Assembly: GCA_963664435.2 (NCBI GenBank)
Contig: CAXXKM010000003.1
Span: 800,001-864,000, forward strand
DNA from: Longimicrobiales bacterium
GTDB taxonomy: Bacteria > Gemmatimonadota > Gemmatimonadetes > Longimicrobiales > Gaopeijiaceae
Reading direction: 5' to 3'
DNA: 64,000 nucleotides
Part shown: one piece after another, positions 47,099-57,810 of the stretch
How the letters are laid out: each line of letters begins with the position of its first letter
Numbering within the stretch: the first letter of the stretch is position 1
Made by a program: the position numbers and the translations under genes
Notes under the pieces: generated by a model
Databases searched by the model: none
Seen by the model: the letters and a program-made list of their open reading frames with translations, nothing else
What the model was told of the DNA's origin: nothing

Positions 47099-49021
47099 CT
47101 ACCAGCGCGTTCGCGTGCGGATGTCTTCGGCGACCTGCGCGGCGAACGCCTCCCGCTCCATGACCGCCTGTTTCTTCCCCGCCCCGCGCCGCCGCACCGC
47201 CACCGTTCCCGCCTCGGCTTCGCGCTTCCCCACCACTCCCATGTAGGGCACCTTCTTCACTTCCGCGTCACGGATGCGGTACCCGAGGGTGTCCTGATCG
47301 TGCAGGCGGGCGCGCACCCCCTTCGCCCGCAGCTGATCGACCAGCTCGCGGGCGCTCTCGCTCCACACCTCGGAGACGGGGAGGACGCGCACCTGCTCCG
47401 GCGCCAGCCACACCGGGAAGGCGCCCGCGTAATGCTCCACCAGCCCGCCGATGAAGCGCTCCATCGACCCCAGCATGGTGCGGTGGATGACCACCACGTT
47501 GTGGCGCTGGTTGTCGCTGCCCACATAGTCGAGACCGAAGCGCTGCGGCATCAGAAAGTCGAGCTGGAAGGTCGGGCCCTGCCACTTCCGCCCGAGCGCG
47601 TCGACGAGCAGGATGTCCACCTTGGGACCATAGAACGCGCCTCCGCCCTCGTCGACCTCGTAGTCCTGCCCGCGTTCCTCGAGCACCCCGGCGAGAGTGT
47701 CCACCGCGGCGTCGTAGACCGCGGGGTCGCCGATCGCCTTCTCGGGACGCGTCGAGAGCGCCACCTCGAACTCGTAGCCGAAGACGCCCAGCAGGTACTC
47801 CAGCAGATCCAGCATGCGATGGTATTCGCCGCTGATCTGGTCCTCGCGCACGAAGATATGGGCGTCATCCTGCGTGAAGCCCCGCACACGGAGCATTCCA
47901 TGCAGGGCGCCCGCGCGCTCGTAGCGGTAGCAGGTGCCGAGTTCCGCGTAACGCAGCGGCAGATCCCGGTACGACCGGCTGCCCGACCGGTAGATCATGA
48001 AATGATGCGGACAGTTCATGGGCTTCATGCGGAAGCGGTTCCCCTCGTCGTCCATCGCGGGGAACATGTCTTCGCTGAAGACTTCCAGGTGCCCCGACGT
48101 CTCGTACAGCTGCTCGCGCGCGACGTGCGGGCTGTACACCAGGTCGTATCCGTGTTCGAGCAGGGTCCTCTTGAGGAACTCCTCGACCGTGTGCCGCACC
48201 AGACCCCCGTTCGGGTGCCAGAGGATGAACCCGGCCCCCACTTCCTCCTGGACGCTGAACAGGTCCAGCTCCTTGCCGAGCACGCGGTGATCGCGCCGGC
48301 GCGCCTCCGCGAGCCGCTCCAGGTGCTGGTTCAGCGCCTTCCTGCTGAAGAACGCGGTGCCGTAGATGCGCTGGAGCATCTGCCGGTTCTCGTCTCCCCT
48401 CCAGTACGCGCCCGCCGTGGAGAGCAGCTTGAAGTGCGTCACTTTCCCGGTGGTGGGCACGTGCGGCCCGCGGCACAGGTCCAGGAAAGGGCCGTCCCGG
48501 TACACCGTGATCACCTCGTCGTCCTCGAGTTCCTCCAGCCGCTCGAGCTTGAGGGGATCGTCGGCGAAGAGCTCCCTGCCCTCCTCCTTGCTGATGCGGC
48601 GCCGCTCGAAGGGATGGTCGGCCGCGACGATGTCGCGCATGCGCGCCTCGAAGGCCTCCAGGTCTTCGGGGGTGAAGGGTTCGTCGACCTCGAAATCGTA
48701 GTAGAAGCCGTCCTCGATCGGGGGGCCGAAGCCGATGCCCGCCGTGGGATGGAGCTCGCGCACCGCGGTGGCCAGAACATGTGCGGCCGAGTGACGCAGC
48801 ACGGGGAGCGCGTCTTCGTCCCGGCTGGTGAGAATGCGCACTTCGGCGCCCGGCGATACCGGCCGGGCCAGGTCGACCACCTCGTCGTCGACGACGGCCG
48901 CCAGCGCCGCCCGGGCCAGCCCGGGTCCGATGCCGGCCGCGATGTCGGCGGCGCTGCTTCCGCGCGGCGCCTCGACGGAGCTTCCGTCGGGGAGCCGCAC
49001 CTGCATGGATTCGTCAGCCAT
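47099..49021 (-). CDS. thrS: Threonine--tRNA ligase
   Basis: TGS domain, RHSAAHVLA, DLCRGPH, RDHRVLG, KPMNCP, RVRGFTQDDAH, AFYGPK, HRTMLGSMERF. Confidence 0.98.
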   Translation of the reverse strand: MADESMQVRLPDGSSVEAPRGSSAADIAAGIGPGLARAALAAVVDDEVVDLARPVSPGAEVRILTSRDEDALPVLRHSAAHVLATAVRELHPTAGIGFGPPIEDGFYYDFEVDEPFTPEDLEAFEARMRDIVAADHPFERRRISKEEGRELFADDPLKLERLEELEDDEVITVYRDGPFLDLCRGPHVPTTGKVTHFKLLSTAGAYWRGDENRQMLQRIYGTAFFSRKALNQHLERLAEARRRDHRVLGKELDLFSVQEEVGAGFILWHPNGGLVRHTVEEFLKRTLLEHGYDLVYSPHVAREQLYETSGHLEVFSEDMFPAMDDEGNRFRMKPMNCPHHFMIYRSGSRSYRDLPLRYAELGTCYRYERAGALHGMLRVRGFTQDDAHIFVREDQISGEYHRMLDLLEYLLGVFGYEFEVALSTRPEKAIGDPAVYDAAVDTLAGVLEERGQDYEVDEGGGAFYGPKVDILLVDALGRKWQGPTFQLDFLMPQRFGLDYVGSDNQRHNVVVIHRTMLGSMERFIGGLVEHYAGAFPVWLAPEQVRVLPVSEVWSESARELVDQLRAKGVRARLHDQDTLGYRIRDAEVKKVPYMGVVGKREAEAGTVAVRRRGAGKKQAVMEREAFAAQVAEDIRTRTRW

Positions 49022-49177
49022 CGGTCTTCGGGGTTGCGGGGTTCAGGGTGCTCGGAGGCATCGACGCGGAAGATACACGGCGGGAGGCGAATTGTGCGCG
49101 CGCGGATCCCAGGCGCGTCTCCCCGCGGCGATGCCGGCGCCTCCACGCCCCCGCGGCCCCGAGCAAACGCCGAGGCA

Positions 49178-49222
49178 CAAACGCCAGGGAGCCCGGACGA
49201 CTTGGCGCCCGGGCTCCAGGGT
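49178..49222 (-). terminator. Probable terminator of groESL
   Basis: Minus strand GGAGCCCGG..CCGGGCTCC stem followed by CTGGCGTTTGT. Confidence 0.5.
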
Positions 49223-49285
49223 GTCCCGCGTGGGCCGGGGCGGCGCCCGGTCCCGCGAGGTCAGGACTGTCGCATGCCGCGAGGG

Positions 49286-50932
<1,647 letters not shown>

Positions 50933-51023
50933 GCTTTCTTTCTCCTCTGTTTAGAGCCGAGGGCGGCATCCGGCCGCCCACCTGCTCGTCGTGTTGCCGT
51001 TCGGTTTCTCGGGGGTGGAACCG

Positions 51024-51335
51024 CTAGCCGGTGATGATGGCCAGGATGTCCGACTCGCGGAGGATCAGCAGTTCCTCGTCGTCCACCGTGACCTCGGTGC
51101 CGCTGTACTTGCCGTACAGAACGGTGTCGCCGACGGACACGTCGGGGTCGATGCGGGTGCCGTCGTCGGACTGCTTTCCGGGGCCGACCGCGAGCACGGT
51201 GCCCTGCTGGGGCTTCTCCTTCTGGGCCGTGTCCGGGATGTAGAGGCCGCCGCGGGTCTGCTCGGTCTCCTCGGCCGCCTGGACGACGACGCGGTCGGCG
51301 AGCGGCTTGATTCTGTTCGCTGCACTCGTTGCCAT
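51024..51335 (-). CDS. groS: Co-chaperonin GroES
   Basis: [36 protein letters not shown]. Confidence 0.98.
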   Translation of the reverse strand: MATSAANRIKPLADRVVVQAAEETEQTRGGLYIPDTAQKEKPQQGTVLAVGPGKQSDDGTRIDPDVSVGDTVLYGKYSGTEVTVDDEELLILRESDILAIITG

Positions 51336-51407
51336 GCGTGGGTTCTCCTGTGGATGGTGGTCCGAATACAGTTGGCTTACGAGCCGGATCTCCGGCGCGA
51401 GCGCTTG

Positions 51408-51434
51408 TTAGCACTCGACGCCAAGGAGTGCTAA
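51408..51434. promoter_or_regulatory. CIRCE element (HrcA operator)
   Basis: Perfect TTAGCACTC-N9-GAGTGCTAA upstream of groS. Confidence 0.97.
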
Positions 51435-51443
51435 CAGCCAGAA

Positions 51444-51471
51444 AAGGTATCCCGGGAAAAATGGATGTCAA
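51444..51471 (-). promoter_or_regulatory. Sigma70 promoter of groESL
   Basis: TTGACA (51471-66)-N16-TACCTT (51449-44), immediately before the CIRCE. Confidence 0.75.
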
Positions 51472-51593
51472 CCCTTTGGCGAGCCCGGGGACGCCGGAAA
51501 GCGGGCAGTTCCAGGACGGGATCCATCTCGGCACCGGTCCGCCGTCCTGTAGAAGCTCGCCCGGGTCAGGGGGGGAGCCGCGGCGAGGAGGCG

Positions 51594-54500
51594 CTATTCG
51601 GGACGCCGGAGCAGCTCCTCCGTCGTGTACACCGCTCCTCCCAGGATAACCGTGCGCACCGAGCGGGTCGCGGCGATGTCCTGCAGGGGATCCTCGTCGA
51701 GGACGATCAGATCGGCGAGCGCGCCCGGGGCGACCACTCCGAGGAGTCCCTCGTACCCGAGCGCCTCGCCGGACGCCGAGGTGGTGGCGCGCAGGACGTC
51801 GACGGGGCGCATGCGGCCGTAGCGGACCAGGATCTCCATCTCCGCGTGCAGGCTGAGGCCGCGGGGGATGATGGGCGAGTCGGTGCCCATGATGACCCGG
51901 CCTCCGCCCTCGTGCACCCGGCGCGGGAGAGAGGACATCCGCTCGACCATGCGGCGCGCCAGCTCCAGGTCGGGGGGAATGCGCGCCCCGGCGGCGGCGT
52001 CGGGAAAGAAGGCGTCCACGCGCGGGTCGTCGAAGAGGTCGGGCGTTTCGGCGGCGAGCAGGCCGTAGCCGCCGTAGATGCCGACCGTGGGCGTGAGGGT
52101 CATGCCGGAGGCCGCCAGCAGATCGACCGCGTCGGCGTAGATGCCGTTGGTCTCGGAGACCTTGGTGGAGTAGCCGCGCCGACTGGTGCCCCGCACATGC
52201 TCCACGCCGTCGCCGCCGTACGCGACCGCGGGATAGAGCTCGTGCGAGCTGACCGGGATCCCGAGGGCGTGCGCCTCGGCGATGGCCCGGCGCTGCATCG
52301 GGTCGGAGAGGCGCACGTAGGTCTTGATCATGTCGTGGCCGAGGGCGGCGGCGCGCCCCATCTGCAGCTCCACCTGCGCGCTCGCGCCCAGGGCGGGGGC
52401 GTTGGGGTAGTAGATGCGGCTGCCGTCGATGGTGCCGCCGGTGCCGAAGGTGCGTGGCGCGATGCGGCGGCCGGACTCGCCGGCCTCCTTCGCTTCGGTG
52501 ATTTCGTAGCCGTCGCAGGCGGGGCAGCGGGTCGCGGTCACCCCGTAGGAGAGCCAGAGGCGCCCCATGGATTCGCCATCCGCCAGGCCGCCGTGGGTGT
52601 GCATCTCGATCAGGCCGGGCATCACTACCTGGCCGGAGGCGTCCACGACCTGGTCGGCGGTGCGCGCGGGATCGCGGTCGGCTACCTCGGTGACGAGACC
52701 GTTTTCGATGATGATGTCCACGTTGCGGCGAAGCGTTTCGGAGCGCCCGTCGAAGAGGGCGCCGGCGCGCACCAGCACCGATGCGGGAGGCGCCGCCCGG
52801 GTCCAGGAGAGGGTGGGCGTGATGTCCTCGGCGGCCCCGGTGAGGGCGTCGACGCGGCGCAGGCGGTCGTCGCTCAGGTAGACGATGAAGCGCGAGTCCC
52901 CGGTCCAGCCGGGGTCGTCGGCCGCCTCGTTGGTGAGGCGGCGGGGGACGTCGGCGGTCTCGCCCTCGGGGGTCATGGCGACCGTCCAGAGCACGCCGTC
53001 GGAGATGTAGGCCACCTGGCGGCCGTCCGGCGACCACGCGGGGCCGTCGTTGGCGCGGCTGCCGACCGACCCGTGCAGGGGCAGGTCGAGGTAGCGGTCG
53101 GCGGTCTGGAGGGGGGTTGTGGGCGACGCGGACGGCCCGGGCGCGGGGTCGTCCCAGCCCGCCCAGGCGGGGAGGTCGTGGGTGTGGCCGTGGCCGCGGG
53201 GGGCGGGGCGGGCGGGCGCTGGCGCCCCGGCCGGGCGCGACGCGCCCCCGGCGGCCCGGGACGGTCCGTTCGCGGTGGCGGGGCGCGACCCCGCGGGCGG
53301 AGCGGGACGGGCATCCGCTCCGGTGAGCGTAGCTGCGTCGGCGGTGCGCAGGGGGCGGGCAGGCACCACCAGGGCGCGGTTCAGGCCCTCGCGGAAACGC
53401 CCCGAATAGGGCGAGAGGGCGGAGACCAGCACGGATGTGCCGTCGGGCGACCAGGAAGGCCGCCCCGCCCCGTTCAGCCCGGCGCGCAGGGTCTCCACCA
53501 CCCCGGTCGCAAGGTCGACCACCTGCACCGCCGTCCCGTCCGCCGATCCCACGAAGGCGATGCGGCTCCCGTCCGGCGACCAGGTCGGCGCGGTGGCGGC
53601 GGCCCCTTCGGTTACCCGGCGGGCGCTCCCGGTCCCCAGGTCGCGCACGTACAGGTCGATCGACCCGTCCCGGTCGGAAGCGAACGCCAGGCGGCCGCCA
53701 TCGGGCGACCAGGCGGGGTCGGCCTCGACCCAGGGGTCGTCGGTGAGGCGCTCCGCATCCCCGCCGATGGTGTGCAGCCAGAGGTCGCCCAGCGCCGAAA
53801 ACGCCACCCGCGTTCCGTCGGGCGAGACCGCCGGCGAGACGATGCCGCGCACCGGGAACGGGCCGGGGGCCCGCAGATCACGCGGCCGCCGCTGGTAGTC
53901 GGTCCGGTCGAGCGTCACCGTCGCCGAGAACGCCACGTCCCGCCGGCCGCTTCCGTCGCCCCGGCGCCACCGCACCACTCCATCGCCCGTATGAAACAGG
54001 TCGCCGGCGGCCGTCCAGGACGCGCGGAAGGGAAAGACGTCCTCCTCCTCTCCGGTGAGCGTGCGCGGCTCACCTCCGCTCACAGCCACCGCGTGCAGGC
54101 GCGAGCGCCCTTCCCCAATGGAGTTAAACGAGAGAGTCGTTCCGTCCGCGCTCCACGAAGGCGCGTTCAGCTGGCCCCCATCCCCTTCCGTAACCCTCCG
54201 CGGCTGCGAGCCCCCGGTCGAAACCGGAAGCCCGGCGCTCGCGGTCAGCCAGATCCCGGACCGGTCTCCATCCGCCGCGAAGGCGACCTCCCCGCCATCC
54301 GGGGAAAACGCGGGCCCGTACTCGTTGCCCGGCCAGTCCGTCAACCGCTCGGGGTCTCCCTCGTCCATCCCCGTAACCCAGATGTCGTAGCTCCCGCCCC
54401 GGTCCGAAGAAAACGCAAGACGAGCCCCGTCCGGCGACCAATGGGGTTCACGATGGTCGAACCGGCCGCGCGTGTGCTGGCGCAGACTCGTCCCGTCCGC

Positions 54501-54839
54501 GCCCACGCTCCAGATGTGGTAGTTGCCGTCCCAGTACGCCTGGAAGGCGATGCGGCTCCCGTCCGGCGACCAGGCGGGCTGCCGCGCGTCGCCCACCGGG
54601 TCCGTGAGCGCCGTCGCGGCTCCTCCGGCCGCGGGCATCACCCAGATGCGGCCCAACAGATCGAGCGCGAGCGTGCTCTCGTCCGGCGAGAGCGCGACGG
54701 CCACATTGGTGCCCTGGGCAATCGTGACCTGGACTGTCCCCTCGGGCTCCCCCGTGGACGGCGCCTGTGCGCCTGCCAGGACGGGGAATCCCGCGGCTGC
54801 GAAACCGATCGCGACTACGACTGAGAAGTGTTTCGACAC
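51594..54839 (-). CDS. TolB-like (PD40 repeat) beta-propeller fused to an amidohydrolase
   Basis: Many PxWSPDG repeats; C-terminal MPGLIEMHTH, GTDSP, GALADLIVLDEDPL; signal peptide; GTG start after GGAG. Confidence 0.92.
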   Translation of the reverse strand: MSKHFSVVVAIGFAAAGFPVLAGAQAPSTGEPEGTVQVTIAQGTNVAVALSPDESTLALDLLGRIWVMPAAGGAATALTDPVGDARQPAWSPDGSRIAFQAYWDGNYHIWSVGADGTSLRQHTRGRFDHREPHWSPDGARLAFSSDRGGSYDIWVTGMDEGDPERLTDWPGNEYGPAFSPDGGEVAFAADGDRSGIWLTASAGLPVSTGGSQPRRVTEGDGGQLNAPSWSADGTTLSFNSIGEGRSRLHAVAVSGGEPRTLTGEEEDVFPFRASWTAAGDLFHTGDGVVRWRRGDGSGRRDVAFSATVTLDRTDYQRRPRDLRAPGPFPVRGIVSPAVSPDGTRVAFSALGDLWLHTIGGDAERLTDDPWVEADPAWSPDGGRLAFASDRDGSIDLYVRDLGTGSARRVTEGAAATAPTWSPDGSRIAFVGSADGTAVQVVDLATGVVETLRAGLNGAGRPSWSPDGTSVLVSALSPYSGRFREGLNRALVVPARPLRTADAATLTGADARPAPPAGSRPATANGPSRAAGGASRPAGAPAPARPAPRGHGHTHDLPAWAGWDDPAPGPSASPTTPLQTADRYLDLPLHGSVGSRANDGPAWSPDGRQVAYISDGVLWTVAMTPEGETADVPRRLTNEAADDPGWTGDSRFIVYLSDDRLRRVDALTGAAEDITPTLSWTRAAPPASVLVRAGALFDGRSETLRRNVDIIIENGLVTEVADRDPARTADQVVDASGQVVMPGLIEMHTHGGLADGESMGRLWLSYGVTATRCPACDGYEITEAKEAGESGRRIAPRTFGTGGTIDGSRIYYPNAPALGASAQVELQMGRAAALGHDMIKTYVRLSDPMQRRAIAEAHALGIPVSSHELYPAVAYGGDGVEHVRGTSRRGYSTKVSETNGIYADAVDLLAASGMTLTPTVGIYGGYGLLAAETPDLFDDPRVDAFFPDAAAGARIPPDLELARRMVERMSSLPRRVHEGGGRVIMGTDSPIIPRGLSLHAEMEILVRYGRMRPVDVLRATTSASGEALGYEGLLGVVAPGALADLIVLDEDPLQDIAATRSVRTVILGGAVYTTEELLRRPE

Positions 54840-54917
54840 TGTTTTCTCTCCGTGTTGATCAATGATCCGTCGCACCCGGTTACCTCCAGGTCGGAGCAGC
54901 GGTCGGCTCGAGAATAG

Positions 54918-56141
54918 TCACGCGCTCCGGCGATCGTCCATCGGCCGCAGCCGCGCCGCGCGCAACTCCGACAATGGAACCGCGGGACCGCCCCAGGCCA
55001 GTCGTCCCCGGAGCGCTACGATCATCGAGCGCCACCAGGTCCAGGCGATGACCGCACTGGCCACCGGAAGCAACAGCCCCGTCCACCAGCGGAAGCGGGA
55101 AACCCTGGCGATGCATATGGCGAACACCCAGGCCACCATCGTCGAGGCAGCGAACAATGCGGCGGCCGCCATGTCGACCGGGGCCAGCACGACGGTCAGC
55201 ACCGCCGGCGCGATTCCGGTCCACAGCAATCCGACCGTCTGCACGAAAACGGCCGAAATCCGGTAGTCCCTGAACGCGAAGAGATTCTTCTCCATCCCGC
55301 GGACCAGGTCCCGGACGGATGAATACCACTCGCACCGCACACTGGATTCGGCCCGGACCAGGTCCGAGCGGTGGCCGGTCAACTTCACCAGTCGACCCAG
55401 CTGATAGTCCTCGTCGGGACGCAGGGCCACCTGCCGGTGTCCCCCGATGGCGCGGTAGGAATCCGCCCGGAACAGGTTGTAGGCGCCGACCCCGAAGGAG
55501 GCCGTGCTCCCGGGATCGCGAACCTGCCACAGCCTCGCCGTGACGTGGGCACCCCAGTGGAACACGATCACGCAGGCCTGCAGCATGGGACTCCGCATCG
55601 CCAACGTGGGCAGAACGGCGAGATGGTCCCGGCCGTTCCTCAGGAGATGGCGCACCCCGCGCATCACTGCTTCGCGCCCGAACACCACGTCCCCGTCGGT
55701 AAAGAGGAGCAGGTCCCCGCGCGCCGACCGGGCGCCGCGCCAGGACGCGTGGTTCTTCCCGAACCATCCACCGGGCAACTCTTCGACGTGAATCACCTTC
55801 AGGCGGTCGTTCCCCGCGCTCAGGCGATCCGCAATGTCGCCGGTGCGGTCGTCGGACCGATCGTCGACGAAGATCACCTCGTAGTCCGGGTAGTCCAGGT
55901 CGAGCAGCGACGTGAGCGCCTGCTTCACCCCGTACTCCTCGTTCCGGGCCGCAACCACCACCGACAGCCGGGGCAAGCGCGGATCGCCGTCGCGGGGCAT
56001 CCCGATCTCTTCAAGGCGGAAGACATGCCGGTAGCTGTACAGGGTGACCAGTGCCATGGCGACCCAGACGACCAGCGTGACGGCGGCGGCTATGAGCATG
56101 ATGGCCAGTGTCGCCCGGGGCTTCCCGTCATCCGGCGCCAT
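54918..56141 (-). CDS. Membrane glycosyltransferase family 2 (lipid/carotenoid/hopanoid GT-like)
   Basis: VVAARNEE, VDDRSDDRT, LPGGWFGK, FTDGD, ED motif, C-terminal TM helices. Confidence 0.9.
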   Translation of the reverse strand: MAPDDGKPRATLAIMLIAAAVTLVVWVAMALVTLYSYRHVFRLEEIGMPRDGDPRLPRLSVVVAARNEEYGVKQALTSLLDLDYPDYEVIFVDDRSDDRTGDIADRLSAGNDRLKVIHVEELPGGWFGKNHASWRGARSARGDLLLFTDGDVVFGREAVMRGVRHLLRNGRDHLAVLPTLAMRSPMLQACVIVFHWGAHVTARLWQVRDPGSTASFGVGAYNLFRADSYRAIGGHRQVALRPDEDYQLGRLVKLTGHRSDLVRAESSVRCEWYSSVRDLVRGMEKNLFAFRDYRISAVFVQTVGLLWTGIAPAVLTVVLAPVDMAAAALFAASTMVAWVFAICIARVSRFRWWTGLLLPVASAVIAWTWWRSMIVALRGRLAWGGPAVPLSELRAARLRPMDDRRSA

Positions 56142-57729
56142 GAGAGACGGAGGCTCCGGCGTGGCGGGCGCGCGCGGCCTCCGCCAGCGCCGCCCGCAAC
56201 TCGAGCCCCATGGGCGTGAGCCGGTACTTCTGCCTTCCGCTCGTGGGCTTGTCCGGGATCGTCATCTCGACGAGTCCGGCGTCAAGTGCCGGGCGCAGGT
56301 AGTTGACCACCAGGTTGCTTCGGTTCCTGAGGCCAAGGGCCTCGAGAATCTGCACTCTGGATCGCTCGCGATCCAGCACTCTTACCAGCTCCCGCACCTG
56401 CACCGTGGTCTTCCGCTCCCACACTTGTATTAGCCCTGTATGATACCTGTACGGCGCGGCCCGCTCTCTTGTACTATTTCCTTCATCGACAGGTCCTGCA
56501 GGCCCTCCCGCCTCGATATCCTGTACTGCAAACAGGCTGTCCTGTATGTCAGCGAACTCGTCATCGTCAATCGTCGACGGCTGAAGCTGGATGGCAGGGG
56601 GGCGCCTGAAACTGGTGGTCACCTTGCTTCCGGAAACCTCAATCCGAGGTTCCTCGACCCCGTACTCCCGGCAAAGCGACTTCATGCGCCGAATGCCTGA
56701 ACCGATTCCGCCCACCAGGCCCATGCGGGCGAGCATCCCGTACAGCAGCGGATTGCGGGGGACGCTCTTGGTTCCCAGATCGGCCTCGTTCATGCCCTCG
56801 GGCAGGCTGCCGGGGCTGGTGATCTCGACGCGGTCCTTGAAGACGTGCACGCGCACGTGGTTGCGGGAGCGGTAGTCACGGTGGGCGATCGCGTTCGCAA
56901 ACGCTTCGCGCAAGGCTTCCCCGGGCAGCTCGGGACGCCCTTCGGCGTCTTCACCCCAGATCGTGAACTGGACGTTGATTCTGTGCAGCACCCACGCCAG
57001 CGCTTCGTCCGCGATCTCCGGCAGCGAGCCGTGGAAGTCACGCCGCTCGAGGCTTCCCGCCTCCTCGGTTCCCCGATAGAGAGCACAGGATACATACGCG
57101 CTCTCCGTGAATTGACGAATGTCGTGGGCGAGCAGCCACGCGCCCGCGTATGTCATCCGGTCTTCGGTGTCGACCAGGCCGAGGTTGCGCAGCGCCAGGA
57201 TCGCGTGCATGGCTTCGGGAATCCTCGCCCGACCGATGAACCGCTCCCAGACGTCGGCCTTGAGATGAGCATCCATCGAGAATGCCTCGCACGGCTCCTT
57301 GTCGAAGTGCGCGCGCCCGACGGCGTAGTAGAGATCCTTGATCTCCGCGTTGGTCAGTCGCCGACTGCCCCTCCCCTCGCGCACGAACGCGCGCCATCCG
57401 ATGGAATAGGGCTTGTACTTCTGGGCGGGGACGGTCACGCACATCACCTCGCCCACGCTCTCGATCTCGACCACGATCGGCGGGTCCGAGGACCGGGCAA
57501 CGGTGAGCACCTTGACGCGGGTCCGGCGATGGTTGCCGACGCCGACCACCTCCCCGGACTTGGACACGCCGAGCAGGACGGTCCCGCCCTCTCCGTTCGC
57601 GAACGCGCACAACTCCCGGCCGAAGTCTCGCCCGAGCGAGCGCTGGAACTCGATCCCGGGACCCTCGCCTTCGGCGATCAGGTCGAGGAGCTCCTGATGG
57701 GTCAACGGTAAGCCGGCAGTCCCGAGCAC
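56128..57729 (-). CDS. AlbA_2/Schlafen + HATPase_c_4 + C-terminal HTH protein
   Basis: GEGPGIEFQ..CAFANGEGGTVLLGV; ALREAFANAIAHRDY, ITSPGSLP, RNPLL, GSGI; C-terminal YLRPALDAGLVEMTIPDKPTSGRQKYRLT. Confidence 0.88.
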   Translation of the reverse strand: MLGTAGLPLTHQELLDLIAEGEGPGIEFQRSLGRDFGRELCAFANGEGGTVLLGVSKSGEVVGVGNHRRTRVKVLTVARSSDPPIVVEIESVGEVMCVTVPAQKYKPYSIGWRAFVREGRGSRRLTNAEIKDLYYAVGRAHFDKEPCEAFSMDAHLKADVWERFIGRARIPEAMHAILALRNLGLVDTEDRMTYAGAWLLAHDIRQFTESAYVSCALYRGTEEAGSLERRDFHGSLPEIADEALAWVLHRINVQFTIWGEDAEGRPELPGEALREAFANAIAHRDYRSRNHVRVHVFKDRVEITSPGSLPEGMNEADLGTKSVPRNPLLYGMLARMGLVGGIGSGIRRMKSLCREYGVEEPRIEVSGSKVTTSFRRPPAIQLQPSTIDDDEFADIQDSLFAVQDIEAGGPAGPVDEGNSTRERAAPYRYHTGLIQVWERKTTVQVRELVRVLDRERSRVQILEALGLRNRSNLVVNYLRPALDAGLVEMTIPDKPTSGRQKYRLTPMGLELRAALAEAARARHAGASVSHGAG

Positions 57730-57810
57730 ATCCGCGGGGACATCACGTCCTGTATGCTCACTTGTATCATGATGGCCATCGCTAAGGGCTGGTTCGCGCG
57801 GACGGCCTTG

